NCBI GenBank assembly: GCA_038087875.1
Contig: CM075999.1
Span: 4,342,001 to 4,406,000, forward strand
DNA from: Malacoraja senta
Lineage: Eukaryota
Reading direction: 5' to 3'
DNA length: 64,000 nt
The position numbers were made by a program, and so were the translations under genes. The notes beneath the pieces are model-generated. The model saw only the letters and a program-made list of their open reading frames with translations. It searched no databases and had not been told where the DNA came from. Positions 25,128-37,669 of the stretch are shown here, piece by piece. Numbering within the stretch: position 1 is the stretch's first letter; each line of letters opens with the position of its first letter.

Positions 25128-27442
25128 AGGAGAGGGTCAGAACTGGACCTAGGGTTGAGATTTTTGTTTGGAGATTTTTGTTTGGAGAAAGGCTAACTTT
25201 GAGGAGATGCGAAAGGATTTAAAAGGAGTGAATTGGGACATGTTGTTTTATGGGAAGGATGTAGAAGAAAAATGGAGGACATTTAAGGGTGAAATTTTAA
25301 GAGTACAGAATCTTTATGTCCCTGTTCGGTTGAAAGGAAATAGTAAAAAATGGAAAGAGCCATGGTTTTCAAGGGAAATTGGACACTTGGTTCGGAAAAA
25401 GAGAGAGATCTACAATAATTATAGGCAGCATGGAGTAAATGAGGTGCTTGAGGAGTATAAAGAATGTAAAAAGAATATTAAGAAAGAAATTAGAAAAGCT
25501 AAAAGAAGATATGAGGTTGCTTTGGCAAGTAAGGTGAAAGTAAATCCAAAGGGTTTCTACAGCTATATTAATAGCAAAAGGATAACAAGGAATAAAATCG
25601 GTCCATTAGAGAGTCAGAGTGGACAGCTATCTGCAGAGCCAAAAGAGATGGGGGAGATATTGAACAATTTCTTTTCTTCGGTATTCACGAAGGAGAAGGA
25701 TATGGAATTATGTGAGGTAAGGGAAACGAGCAGAGTAGCAATGGAAACTGTGAGATTCAAAGAAGAGGAGGTGCGGACACTTTTGAAAAATATGAAAACG
25801 GATAAGTCTCCAGGTCCTGACAGGATATTCCCTAGGACATTGAGGGAAGTTAGTGTAGAAATAGCAGGGGCTATGACAGAAATATTTCAAATGTCATTAG
25901 AAACGGGAATAGTGCCGGAGGATTGGCGTACTGCGCATGTTGTTCCGTTGTTTAAAAAGGGTTCGAAGAGTAAACCTAGCAATTATAGACCTGTTAGTTT
26001 GACGTCAGTGGTGGGCAAATTAATGGAAAGGATACTTAAAGATAATATATATAAGCATCTGGATAAGCAGGGTCTGATTAGGAACAGTCAACATGGATTT
26101 GTGCCTGGAAGGTCATGCTTGACTAATCGTCTTGAATTTTTCGAAGAGGTTACTAGGGAAATTGATGAGGGTAAAGCAGTGGATGTTGTCTATATGGACT
26201 TCAGTAAGGCCTTTGACAAGGTTCCTCATGGAAGGTTGGTTAAGAAGATTCAATTGTTGGGTATTAATGGTGGAGTAGCAAGATGGATTCAACAGTGGCT
26301 GAATGGGAGATGCCAGAGAGTAATGGTGGATGGCTGTTTGTCAGGTTGGAGGCCGGTGACTAGTGGGGTGCCTCAGGGGTCTGTGTTGGGTCCACTGTTG
26401 TTTGTCATGTACATCAATGATCTGGATGTAGGTGTGGAAAATTGGATTAGTAAGTATGCAGATGATACTAAGATAGGTGGTGTTGTGGATAATGAAGTAG
26501 ATTTTCAAAGTCTACAGAGAGATTTAGGCCATTTGGAAGAGTGGGCTGAAAGATGGCAGATGGAGTTTAATGCTGACAAATGTGAGGTGCTACATCTCGG
26601 CAGGACAAATCAAAATAGGACGTACACGGTAAATGGTAGCGAATTGAGGAATGCAGTTGAACAGAGGGATCTAGGAATAACTGTGCATAGTTCCCTGAAG
26701 GTGGAATCTCATGTAGATAGGGTGGTAAAGAAAGCTTTTGGTGTGCTGGCCTTTATAAATCAGAGCATTGAATATAGAAGTTGGGATGTAATGTTAAAAT
26801 TGTACAAGGCATTGGTGAGGCCAATTCTGGAGTATGGAGTACAATTTTGGTCGCCTAATTATAGGAAGGATGTCAACAAAATAGAGAGAGTACAGAGGAG
26901 ATTTACTAGAATGTTGCCTGGGTTTCAGCAACTAAGTTACAGAGAAAGGTTGAACAAGTTAGGTCTTTATTCTTTGGAGCGCAGAAGGTTAAGAGGGGAC
27001 TTGATAGAGGTCTTTAAAATTATGAGCGGGTTAGACAGAGTGGACGTGGATAAGCTTTTCCCATTGAGAGTAGGGAAGATTCAAACAAGGGGACATGACT
27101 TGAGAATTAAGGGACAGAAGTTTAGGGGGAACATTAGGGGGAACTTCTTTACTCAGAGAGTGGTAGCTGTGTGGAATGAGCTTCCAGTGGAAGTGGTGGA
27201 GGCAGGTTCGATGTTATCCTTTAAAAATAGATTGGATGGGTATATGGACGGGAAAGGAATGGAGGGTTATGGTCTGAGTGCAGGTAGATGGGACTAGGGG
27301 GAAGTATTTTATTTTTAATTTTAAAAAAATTAAAAAAATAAAAAAAAAATAAAAAATTTAAATGTTCGGCACGGACTTGAAGGGCCGAGATGGCCTGTTT
27401 CCGTGCTGTTATGGTTATATGGTTATATGGTTATATGGTTAT
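25128..27442 (+). mobile_element. CR1 family A, 5'-truncated, with uninterrupted 709-codon RT ORF, inserted in Gypsy pol
   Basis: ORF 25168-27297 has all RT motifs but no endonuclease; (ATATGGTT)n tail; AAGG at both junctions. Confidence 0.95.
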
Positions 27443-28998
27443 AAGGGCAACACCTGGTCCTGGTACCCACAACATCAATGAGCTTTCGAGACTTTAAAAT
27501 TACAGCTCGCTAGTGCACCAACCCTGGCATACTTCAACATCAATCTGCTTGTCACAATCACCTGCGATACTTCCCAGTACGGACTACGCGCAGCATGCCT
27601 GCAAACTTCCTTCAACGGCGACGTGATGCCCATATCCTACACACCCTAACTGATACTGAACAACGCTACGCACAGATAGAGAAGGAACTGCTTGCCGTGG
27701 TTTTCGCCTGCTCGAAATTCAAGGACAAAACCTTCACGGTAGAGACTGATGAACATCAGCCACTAGTAACCATCCTGAGCAAACCGATCCATGCTGCCCC
27801 AGCCAGACTTCAACGCATGATGATGCAGCTACAATGATTTGATTTTCGCATTGTCTACAAAAAAGGTAAAGACATGCACATCGCAGACACTCTATCTAGA
27901 GCTCCACGCACCACCAGCGAACAACACCCATTCGAACAGGACGAATTCTCCATCCTGAAAGTCTCCTTCGTTCCCACCGACTGCTTGCGCTGCCTCGCCG
28001 AACATACAGCTGCAGATAAAACCTCCCAACTGCTGACTTCCATCATCAAAGGCGGGTGGCCAAACAAACAGTCTAACACCCCTTTAGAAATATGATCCTA
28101 CTTCCTGGTACGTGACGAACTAGTACTACAGGATGGAGTCATTGTCAAGGGTCACAAGGCTGTCATCCCCTCATCCCTGCGAAACGAGTACTATGAGGAG
28201 ATCCATGGTGGTCACCCGGGCGTGGAGGCTACATTACAGCGTGCGAAAGAAATGATCTACTGGCCCGGAATAACCAAGTACATTCGGGAGAAAACAGAAT
28301 CATGCGCGATCTGTAACACCAGCAAAAACAACCCCTGCTGCCCCAACCTGTTCCCTCTCTACCATGGTCATCAGTGGCTGCCGATATCTTTGACTGGCAC
28401 GGGAACCACTACCTCGTGCTAGTGGACTCGTACTCCAATTGGTTTGAAATTGACCTTCTGCCAACCATCTCTTCCAATCATCCAACAGGACCCTGATAGA
28501 CCGTGATATTTGTCCTGATAGTCGTCCAAAAGCTCAGGACACACTTCTCTGTACATGGAATTCCAGCTCGTCTCCAGACTGACAACAGGACCCAATTCAC
28601 AAGCCAAAAGTTTAAAGACTTTGCAAAGCGGTGGAACTTCCAACATGTCACCAGCAGCCCAGAATACCCACAGTCCAATGGACTTGCCGAGCGTGCTGTT
28701 CGAAGCGCTAAACAGCTCATGGAGCGCTCCTAATTAGCCAAATCTGATGTCTACCTGGACCTGCTGAACCTACGAATTATTGCAAGAAATAACATTCTAT
28801 GTTCTCCAGCCCAGCGCCTGATGTCCCGTCGAACGCAACCTCTGCTGCCTGTTGCCCAGGATCATCTAAAACCAAAAGTCTACATCCCCGCCGTGGTACA
28901 AAAGCGAGTACAATTCAATCGAAGTGCGCAGATACGAAGTAACGACAAAACCAGCAAACCACTTAAGCCACTCATTCAAGGCCAAGTGGTCCGACTAC

Positions 28999-31900
28999 TT
29001 GGTGGACTACGTGGTGGATGTTATGTACCGTGGCTCTCCGCTCCGGCTGATTAATGTGTATGCCTCACCCATGCAGAGCGAGCGGCTGGCCGTTCTCCAG
29101 CAGCTCCCAGTGCTGCTGGCCACGTCCCGGCAGCTCGTTCTGGCCGGTGACTTCAACTGCATCATCGATGCGGCTGGACGATCCGGCAGTGCCGACAACA
29201 GACTGGACAGCATGTCCAAGTTCCTGATGGAGACGGTAAAAGATGCAAAGCTGCACGACGCCTTCAGCAACCCTGCAGGCGGGTCCCAGCCACAGTTCAC
29301 CTGGTCGAGATCGGACGGTTTAGCCTGATCGCGGATAGACTTTGTCTTCACGACGAAGGCCGTCACGGTGAGACACACCGACCTCACGCCGGTGTTCTTC
29401 TCTGACCACTGCCTCCTTCAGGCTTCCTGTCACCTACAGGAGGACCAGAAAGCAGGCAGGGGGACGTGGAAGTTAAATATGAAACTGTTGACCCCAGAGA
29501 ACGTTGAGGAGCTAAAGAGGGACTACGCATGTTGGAGAACGGTGAGGCCCCTCTTTGACTCCTCGACACTCTGGTGGGAAGCAACCAAGGAGAACATTAA
29601 GAGGTTCTTCATAGTTAAAGGGGTTCAGAGAGCAAGACAGAGTCAGAGGGATTTGTGCCAACTCCAGACAGATTTGCAACAACTGCTCCTTCTGCAGTCG
29701 AGAGGGGTGGATGTGAGGGAGGAACTTAGAGAGGTGAAGGACCGGCAAGCTCGTCTCTTTACCTCTGAATCCTCCAAGATCATCTTCCGATCCAGGGTCC
29801 GCCATGTGGAGCAGGATGAGACGTGCTCACGTTACTTCTTCCATAAGGTTCACAGGGGGAGCTCTGTGATGAACAGCCTTAGGGAGGAGGACGGCTCGGT
29901 AACATCCTTGCAGACGGATATGCTGAGGATCTGCAAATCCTTTTATACGGATTTGTATGACAGAAAGGCCACAGACAGCACCGCCTCCCAGAACTTCCTG
30001 TCCTCTATCGCGGAGGTCTTGGAGGACAGCAAGCGGGAGAGTCTGGACCAACCATTGACCCTAGAGGAGCTGACTGGCTCCATCCGTTCCTTTGACTCGA
30101 GTAAAACTCCCGGAAGCGATGGCTTACTGGCCGAGTTGTATTCGGCTCTGTGGGACTGGGTGGGCCCGGACCTGCTGGAAGTGTACAACGACATGCTTTG
30201 AGCCGGCAGCATGTCAGACTCCATGAGAAAGGGCAGCATCACCCTAATCTACAAGCAGAAGGGGGAGATGAAGGACATAAAGAATTGGAGACCCATAACA
30301 CTGCTGAATGTAGATTATAAGATCCTGTCTAAGGCCATCGCCAACCGGGTCAAGTCTGCTCTGGGACAGGTGATCCACCCGGACCAAACCTGTGCTGTAC
30401 CTGGCAGGAAAATCTCAGACAGCCTAGCGCTGCTGAGAGACACCATCGCCTACGTGCAGGACAGACGGGTGGATGCCTGCCTAGTCAGCTTGGACCAGGA
30501 GAAGGCCTTCGACAGGATATCGCACACGTACATGAGGGACGTGCTCTCCAAAATGGGTTTTGGGGAGGGAATCCGAAATTGGATCAAACTGCTCGACACC
30601 AATATTCGTAGTGCAGTCCAAATCAATGGGTGGGAATCAGACAGTTTCCCTGTAAGGTCTGGAGTCAGGCAGGGGTGCCCTCTCTCTCCTGTCTTGTTTG
30701 TCTGCTGTATTGAGCCTTTTGCCGAGTCCATCAGGAAGGATGCGAGCATAAGAGGAGTGACATTACCAGGCAGTGGGGGTATTCAAGTCAAAACCTCCCT
30801 GTACATGGACGATGTCGCTGTCTTCTGCTCGGATCCAGGGTCGGTCCGCAGATTGATCAGTATCTGTGACCAGTTTGAGTCAACCACGGGAGCCAGGGTG
30901 AACCGCAGGAAGAGCGAGGCCATGCTCTTTGGCAACTGGCCCGACCGAACTTCTGTCCCCTTCACCATCAAGCCTGACTTCTTGAAGGTGCTGGGGATCT
31001 GGTTCGGGGGGGCTGAGGCGTGTAACAAGAATTGGCTGGAGCAGATAGTCAAGGTGGGGAAGAAGCTGGAGCTGTGGAAGCAACGCTCCCTCTCCATAAC
31101 CGGAAAAAATTTGGTCATCAGGTGTGAAGTGCTCTCGAGGCTGCTGTACTTGGCGCAAGTGTGGCCTGTCCCTCCCTCCTACGCCACAGGGATCACCCGG
31201 GCCGTCTTCCAGTTCATCTGGGGGTCGAGGATAGACCGGGTGCGACGGGCCACAATGTACAAGTCAGCAGACAACGGGGGTAAAGGCGTGCCCAACGTCG
31301 CCCTCACCCTGATGGCTGCATCAGGCGGAGTGTAGAACCAAGGCACGTGGGCACCAAGTGTCACTACCTGCTGAGGTTCTACCTGTCCCCGGTGTTGCGA
31401 AGGATGGGCCTGGCGCAGATGCCACGCAATGTGCTAGTCAGCTGGACATTGCTGCCCCATCTGTTGTCTGTGGAAAGGTTCTTCCGGACCAACACCTTTG
31501 ACCACATGTCAAATGTGGTCAGCAGTGGTCAGCACGGAATGTCCTGCAGGCACTGCAGGGAAAGGACTCGATGGATCCGGTGGCGTGGTTCCCAGAGCAG
31601 ACTGCCCAGCTTGTCTGGCAAAATGCCTCATCGCCAAAACTCACCAACAAGCACCAAGACCTGGCTTGGCAGGCGGTGAGGGGAGCCCTCCCAGTCAGAT
31701 CCTTCCTGCACCGTCGGAACCTCACTGCCAGCGCACGCTGCCCTCGGGACGGCTGCTATGGAGAGGAGACGGTTGCCCACCTCTTTGCAGAGTGTGGATT
31801 TGCAAAAAGAGTCTGGAAAAGTATGCAAGGGTCCCTGGAACGCTTTATCCCGAACAGCTCCGTCACAGAGGACTCTGTGATTTACGGACTGTTCCCAGGG

Positions 31901-32384
31901 ACACATTCAGAGACTGACATCGAGTGCTGCTGGAAAGTCATCAACTCGGTGAAAGATGCTCTTTGGTCTGCCCGAGCGTTGTTCACCACCCAGCAGAGCG
32001 AGATGTCCGTCAGGGAATGTTGCCGACTGGCCCGCTGCAGACTGCAGGAGTACGTGCTGAGGGACGCACTGAAGCTCGGTGCAGCCAACGCCAAGGCTCG
32101 GTGGGGGAGGGCCACAGTCTAGGGTCCTCCCGCTGCTGGACATGGGGGGCACGGTATGGTGGAGACGCCCCTCAAAATAAGGGAAGGTATCCCACGCCAG
32201 GGGGCCACGTGAGTGGCACGGGTGGGGAACGGATCTGTGGTATTGGAAAAAAAATGTATTAACTGCATTGAACAATTTGTATAGCCTCCGAAAATGTCGG
32301 ATGAATGTTTCGCACGGTTCACGTATTGTATATATTTATTACTTGAATAAAGTCTATTTTGAAATTTAAAAAATAAATTTTAAA
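28999..32384 (+). mobile_element. Tx1-clade LINE ORF2 (APE-RT-zinc finger), 5'-truncated, with 15-bp TSD
   Basis: LAGDFNCI, FFSDHCLL, WRPITLLNVDYKILSK, GVRQGCPLSP, YMDDV, CPRDGCYGEETVAHLFAEC; AATAAA plus A-rich tail; TSD AAGTGGTCCGACTAC at 28984-28998 and 32385-32399. Confidence 0.9.
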
Positions 32385-32934
32385 AAGTGGTCCGACTACA
32401 GACAGACAAAGGACATACCAAACTGGGATACATTTACGGCCCCTCAAAGGAACCGCGTTCCTACCTGGTCGATGTTGGTGGCACCATCTATAGACGCAAC
32501 CGTCAACACCTCCTTCCTGTGAAGGAACGGTGTCTGGCGCTCCGGGGTCCTGATGCCCCACCGCTCAAGTTCAAAGTGATTGCTGTTCCAGCCGTTCCAG
32601 CATCTGCCGCAACCAGTCCCGTCCACTCCCCGCGTCGGTCTCCCCTTTTGTAACCGTCTCTCCGGTGCCCCCACGACGGTCTCCCATGGGTTCCCCCATG
32701 GTGTCACCTTATAGTCCATCGGGCTCACTAAACCGCGCCCTCAGCTTTTCGGAGGAAAAGGTTGATGAGGCAGCTCCATACCGTACGAGGGCCGGGCGGG
32801 TTAGCAAGCCACCTGTTAGATATGGCGACTATGTTTAACCCCATTATTATTAGATGTGGCGATTTGCATTTAACATTTTATTTACTCGTTATAGTTGTAA
32901 TGCTTTTCTTGCTTTTCATTTATACAAGAAGAGA

Positions 32935-33137
32935 TGTAGATTGGCTATTGCATGTTAGCCAATTAGAATGCTTAGTAATTAAAACTCCACCTAATTATAA
33001 CATTCATAGTGTAAGAACTTGCCCACTGCCTGGCAGTGGCTGCAGCAGTGTGAACATGTGATGTACTGCTTAAAAAATTATGACCTGAACAATAAAGATG
33101 CTTGTGTTTCAACCTGTGTGAGTTTGAACTCTTTACA
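32935..33137 (+). repeat. 3' LTR of Gypsy element 1
   Basis: Preceded by the PPT, followed by TSD AGTGT. Confidence 0.95.
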
Positions 33138-33879
33138 AGTGTGATTTAACTGAATACTGTAAAAGCTTTCTGCAATCTTGCAGATCGAACAATGACTTGT
33201 GAATATTGGTTGGCCCTCTGTTGAAGCAAAAAATGGGGGACGATGAGACTATGCTGACATGGGCTGGAGGTGTAAAGGGATGTGGATCGAGGGAAACTTG
33301 GGTGGGGTGCAGCTGGGGTCTGTATACTGCCAATGGCATTCGTAATGTCAGACCAGTATCAACATGATGGGCTGAAGGGCCTGTTTCCTCACTCGCAGGA
33401 GATTGTTAGTGGGATCAACAATGGTAAAACTGAGACTTGGAAGTCGCAGCATTTTTTTGGGGGTGATCTTTGCCAGGAACGTCTGTGAAACTAATTTTAC
33501 TTGTCAGTGTCGGAAGGTAGTCTAAACGTTACTTATTTCCAAAGATTCCATTTCAAACACAGTTCACTGGCAAATATACGAAACAACTATCAGTGAAATC
33601 GTAGTGAAGTAACAGCTGCCGTCCTCAGCCTGCATGTCCAGCGATATGTGGTAACTCACAGTATCAATGGGAAATGTTACAGGAACTGCCAATCAGCTGC
33701 TTGTCACTAGATCAGGTTTATGCAACATTCTGTCATATCAAAGGGTTCCAGCTGTTTCCCTAAACAAGAACTTGAACAGCCAGTTAATGTGCCTTTAGCA
33801 ATGGACAAGGAAGGCTGGAGCTTTGCTCAGATGTTGGAGTGAGTTTTAACGGATCCAAACAGTTGGGATTGTATCACAA

Positions 33880-34061
33880 AACAGCAGGAATACAGAGGTC
33901 CTCACCAACAGCAGGAATACGGAGGTCCTCACCAACAGCAGGAATACAGAGGTCCTCACCAACAGCAGGAATACAGAGGTCCTCACAACAGCAGTAATAC
34001 AGAGGTCCTCACAACAGCAGTAATACAGAGGTCCTCACAACAGCAGTAATACAGAGGTCCT
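33880..34061. repeat. 26/27-bp tandem repeat (ACAGCAGGAATACAGAGGTCCTCACCA), about 7 copies
   Basis: Directly visible; unit variant changes partway through the array. Confidence 0.95.
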
Positions 34062-34524
34062 CCCAAACAGGTTGCTGCCCTTCTCAAGTGACTGGGAGGC
34101 CAAGGACGGAGGTTGGCAGTGACCCTCTCACAGCAAGGCTGGAGGTTGAGGTAGATTGAGGAAAGGTTGGGCACAATGAAGATCGTTGTTAGTGAGAGAA
34201 GGACGTAACGGTCAGTGAGTGGAGGCCGGTCTTGGAGCACGTTGACCCGGAGCGGGGCTTGGCTGCACTGGGAGAGAGCCTAGGGAGGTCTCGAACTGAT
34301 ACGTCTGCATTGCTTTTCACTAGAGATGCTACCTATCCTGCTGAGTTACTCCAGCATTTTGTATCTATCTTCGTGGTCACTACAGTTCCCAACTGCTTTG
34401 AGTTTGCGGCTTCTTGCATCCAGAGAAACACAAGCAAGATCGCAAACTCACGTAAATACTGCAATAGACCCAACTCCATTTCCTTTCAAACACTGTGCAC
34501 CATCCAAAGTCCATCTTGGTTGAG

Positions 34525-34728
34525 GTCCCGACCACGGGGGAAAATGGAGAGGACTGGCCAAATGTTGTGCCTTCCACCACAGTGATGAATGCTGTGGTGG
34601 ATGTTTGTGTTACATTTTATATTGTGTTTTTGTGTGTTCTTTTTCAGTGTACCGCTGCTGGCAAATTCATTTCACTTGCACTTTATGTGCCAGTGAGGAA
34701 TAAAACTGATTGTGATTGTGATTGTGAT
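34525..34728 (+). mobile_element. 3' part of a relative of the structured retroposon, with (GATTGT)n tail
   Basis: Shares TGCC(T)TCCAYCACAGTGA...CTGTGGTGGATGTT with 20942-21917 and 59605-60412; AATAAA plus microsatellite tail. Confidence 0.55.
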
Positions 34729-37066
34729 GGCCAGGGGACCACTTGCGGTGGGCTTACTCGTTCTCTGGGTGAGAACCTGCTCCACACTCTGCACAACCTG
34801 AATCACAACCTCCACCACTGGGTCCCCAGTCGGAACACCAGTCACTCCCTAACACAGATTTGATCTTCGAGAGCCTCATGAAAAAACATTGATGTATTTT
34901 CAGCAAGGTTTCACCTGATCCTCCTACTCAGGTAGTTAATAATAAAATTCAAAGCTCTGAATGCTATTGGACTTCAAAGGAAAGTGGGAAGGTTTCTGAA
35001 CCAACATGTACAGCATGAGAACGCCCTACAGAAATGCCACAATATGTCCTGCCGTGATCACACAGGAAATATCTTTTATAACAAGGAGTTCTCTGACTCC
35101 GCGCAGTGTGGGAAGCCAGCTCCAGCACTGAAGCAGGGATCAGGTGAAGAATGTTTCAGGATATGTTGTGAACCTTTAGACTGTGCACTGTTTGTTTTGA
35201 ACACAACAGATACCTGCAGAGAGAGTGTAGCACAACATGCCTGGACATAGATCCACGCGTTCCTGTTTCACCAACTATCAGACAATCGACCTGCTCCATG
35301 GGTAACGGCCCCAGCCTGCCACACCTTGTTGTATAAATCTTTCAAATGACCTTACAATACAATTACAGTTCAAGTTTAACAAGCGAGAAACAAAGACTGG
35401 GTAAACTGAACATCTAAACTTTGATGCAGTTGCAATAACTATGCTCTCTCCAATGGAATTAAAGATGCTGTAAAACTGAGGCTTGCAGCGGCACCTGCTG
35501 GTGCTCGCAGGTAGTCGAGCCCCTGTGGTCGGTGCCTCGGGCATGTGGCACTGGGGAGGGGTTGCGTTTCGCGCGCTTTCTGGGCGATGCCCCTCCCTCC
35601 AGTCGCTCTCGACCACCGTTGTGGCTGGATCTGTTTTGTTGGTTGTGTGAGACGCATTGTCAGTTTAACCGTTTTACGAATAAAACTTAATTTAAACAAT
35701 CGACTCTCGTCTCCATCCGCCAAATTGGTGACCCCGGCACGTCCATCAGAAGATTGGATGCAAGATAATTATCTTCTCGCCGGCACTTCCAGTGCCCATC
35801 AGAACGCTGCCAGCCTGAAACTGCCCGCGTTTTGGCCCCGATCAACCTCACGTGTGGTTCGCCCATGTTGAGGCGCAGTTTCATCTGCACCACATCGTTG
35901 TAGATCAGACGAGATACTTCCACGTGGTGGGAGCCCTGCCGCATGAGTCAGCCTCCCGTCTACTGCCTTACCTTCGGGATCCACCCGCAACCGCCAAGTA
36001 CGACGGCCACAAGGCCCTCCTTTTACACACCTTCGGACTCAGCCTCCGGGACCTTGCTGCCCGCATCCTTCACATGGACGGCCGTCCACCCTGATGGCCA
36101 GGATGCTCGCGTCATGGACGGAGCAGGCGTTTCTGGAACAGATGCCCGATGATGTCCGTCTGATGCTCGCTGGCGCGGACTTCAACGATCCCCTGCAGCT
36201 CGTGGAGCGGGCCTGATGAGTTGTGGATGACCAGGTATCAGGACATCTGCACCATTGACCGCATGCCCACACCAGCGCGGCCATCGCCTCGGCGGCTCCG
36301 CAAGGACAGCAAGCCTTCAGCTCCCACTGAAGAGCCGCAGCAGCGTTCCGAGACCCGCGGTAGGCACCGTTGGTGCTAGTACCACCTCTGCTTTAGCGCG
36401 GAGGCTCGACGCTGCCGCCATCCCTGCACGTTTCAGGGAAATGCCTCGGGCGATCGCGATCGGCCAAAACTACCGCCTCTACGTCCGCGACCGCCATTCC
36501 GGCCGCCTTTTCCTGGTGGACTCCGGCGCGATCGCCAGCATACGGCCCCCGATCGGCCGCGACACTAGAGCTGGTAAGAAGGGCCCTGTCCTCTCGGCCG
36601 TTAACTAGCCTCTCTTGGGAGCCAATTTCCTGCGCGCTTTCTCTCTCGTCGTCGATTTACGGGGGTGGTTGCATGATCCCACGCAGCCCGCCACTGCCTG
36701 TCCCGCAGCTTGACGCTGTCGCCGGGGGGGGGGGGGGGGGGGGTCGAGGGCCCGTACGCCGCCCTGCTCTCTGATTTCCCCGAGCTCCTTACGCCCCATT
36801 TCAGCGGGGCGGCTCCCCGGCACGGGGTCCGTGCATCACATCCCCACCGCGCCCCGAGCCCCCCCACCCCCCCCCCCCCCCCCCCCCCCGGGCGCGCCGC
36901 CTCCCGCCGGACAAGCTGCGCTTCGCCCGGGATGAATTCCAAATGATGGAGGACTTGGGAATTGTCCGGCGGTCCGACAGCCCGTGGGCCTCCCCGCTCC
37001 ATGTGGGGGGTGGAGACCGTGCGGTGATTACAGGCGCCTTAACGCGGTAACCACGGCAGACCGTTA

Positions 37067-37669
37067 AAGGTCTGTCTCACGAATCTGCGGTCATTGGCGC
37101 GAAACGGAAGAATCTGCCGCCATAGACCGCGCACTCGTGAGAAAGAACAATTCCCGGGCCGTGCGACGGTGTTCCCAACACCGCGCGGTGCAAAAATAAA
37201 ATCGACAATGTCGAAAACCAAATACTCACCGCACAACCTCCACCAGTGATGCACGAGTGCGCACGGCCGCTCGCACGGGCCGCCGCCAGTATGGGCTCGA
37301 GCGCCGTGCGTCAAACCTCCTCTGCCACAGCCTCCGCCAGTGACGCACGTGCCGCCGCCAGTGAGACACGTGTGCTGCGCGGCCGCAGGCACAGCCATCG
37401 CTACAGCGCCGCGATCAGATGGCCGCCGCCACAGCCGCCGCTGGTGAGTCACGTGCGGGGGGCCGACGTCATCGCAGGTCGGCCCGCCCTTTTTTTACTT
37501 ACCGCAAGCACGTGGGACCCGCCGTGTTTGAATTAACTCGGCCCCCGCGCAACATCCGTGCGGCGCTCCGTTGGATAGCCTCGACGCTCTCGCCGTTGCC
37601 CGCGCGTCCTAGCTACCGTCTGCACCGCGCTTCACCGCCGATGACCGCAAACAGGTAAGACACGGCCTT
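37067..37669. mobile_element. 603-bp non-autonomous DNA transposon (MITE) with TA TSD, inside the Gypsy RT
   Basis: About 37-bp imperfect TIRs AAGG(T/C)C(G)TGTCTYAC...TGCGGTCATYGGCG; TA at 37065-66 and 37670-71; removing it restores DYRRLNAVTTADRYPVPH. Confidence 0.85.

Larger units (their letters stand above)
22679..33137 (+). mobile_element. Ty3/Gypsy LTR retrotransposon (Mag-like), decayed, carrying three nested LINE insertions
   Basis: 203-bp LTRs TG...CA at 22679-22881 and 32935-33137 (14 substitutions counted by eye); TSD AGTGT; PBS TGGTGTCAGAA (tRNA-Leu type); PPT AAGAAGAGA; protease VDTGA, RT IVDDILV, RNase H YAQIEKELLAVV, integrase SPEYPQSNGLAERAV. Confidence 0.95.

Noticed and set aside
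36722..36892. Long poly-G and poly-C tracts as G-quadruplex or hairpin elements
   Set aside because: They are expanded homopolymers within decayed Gypsy pol, and their lengths are unreliable in assemblies.
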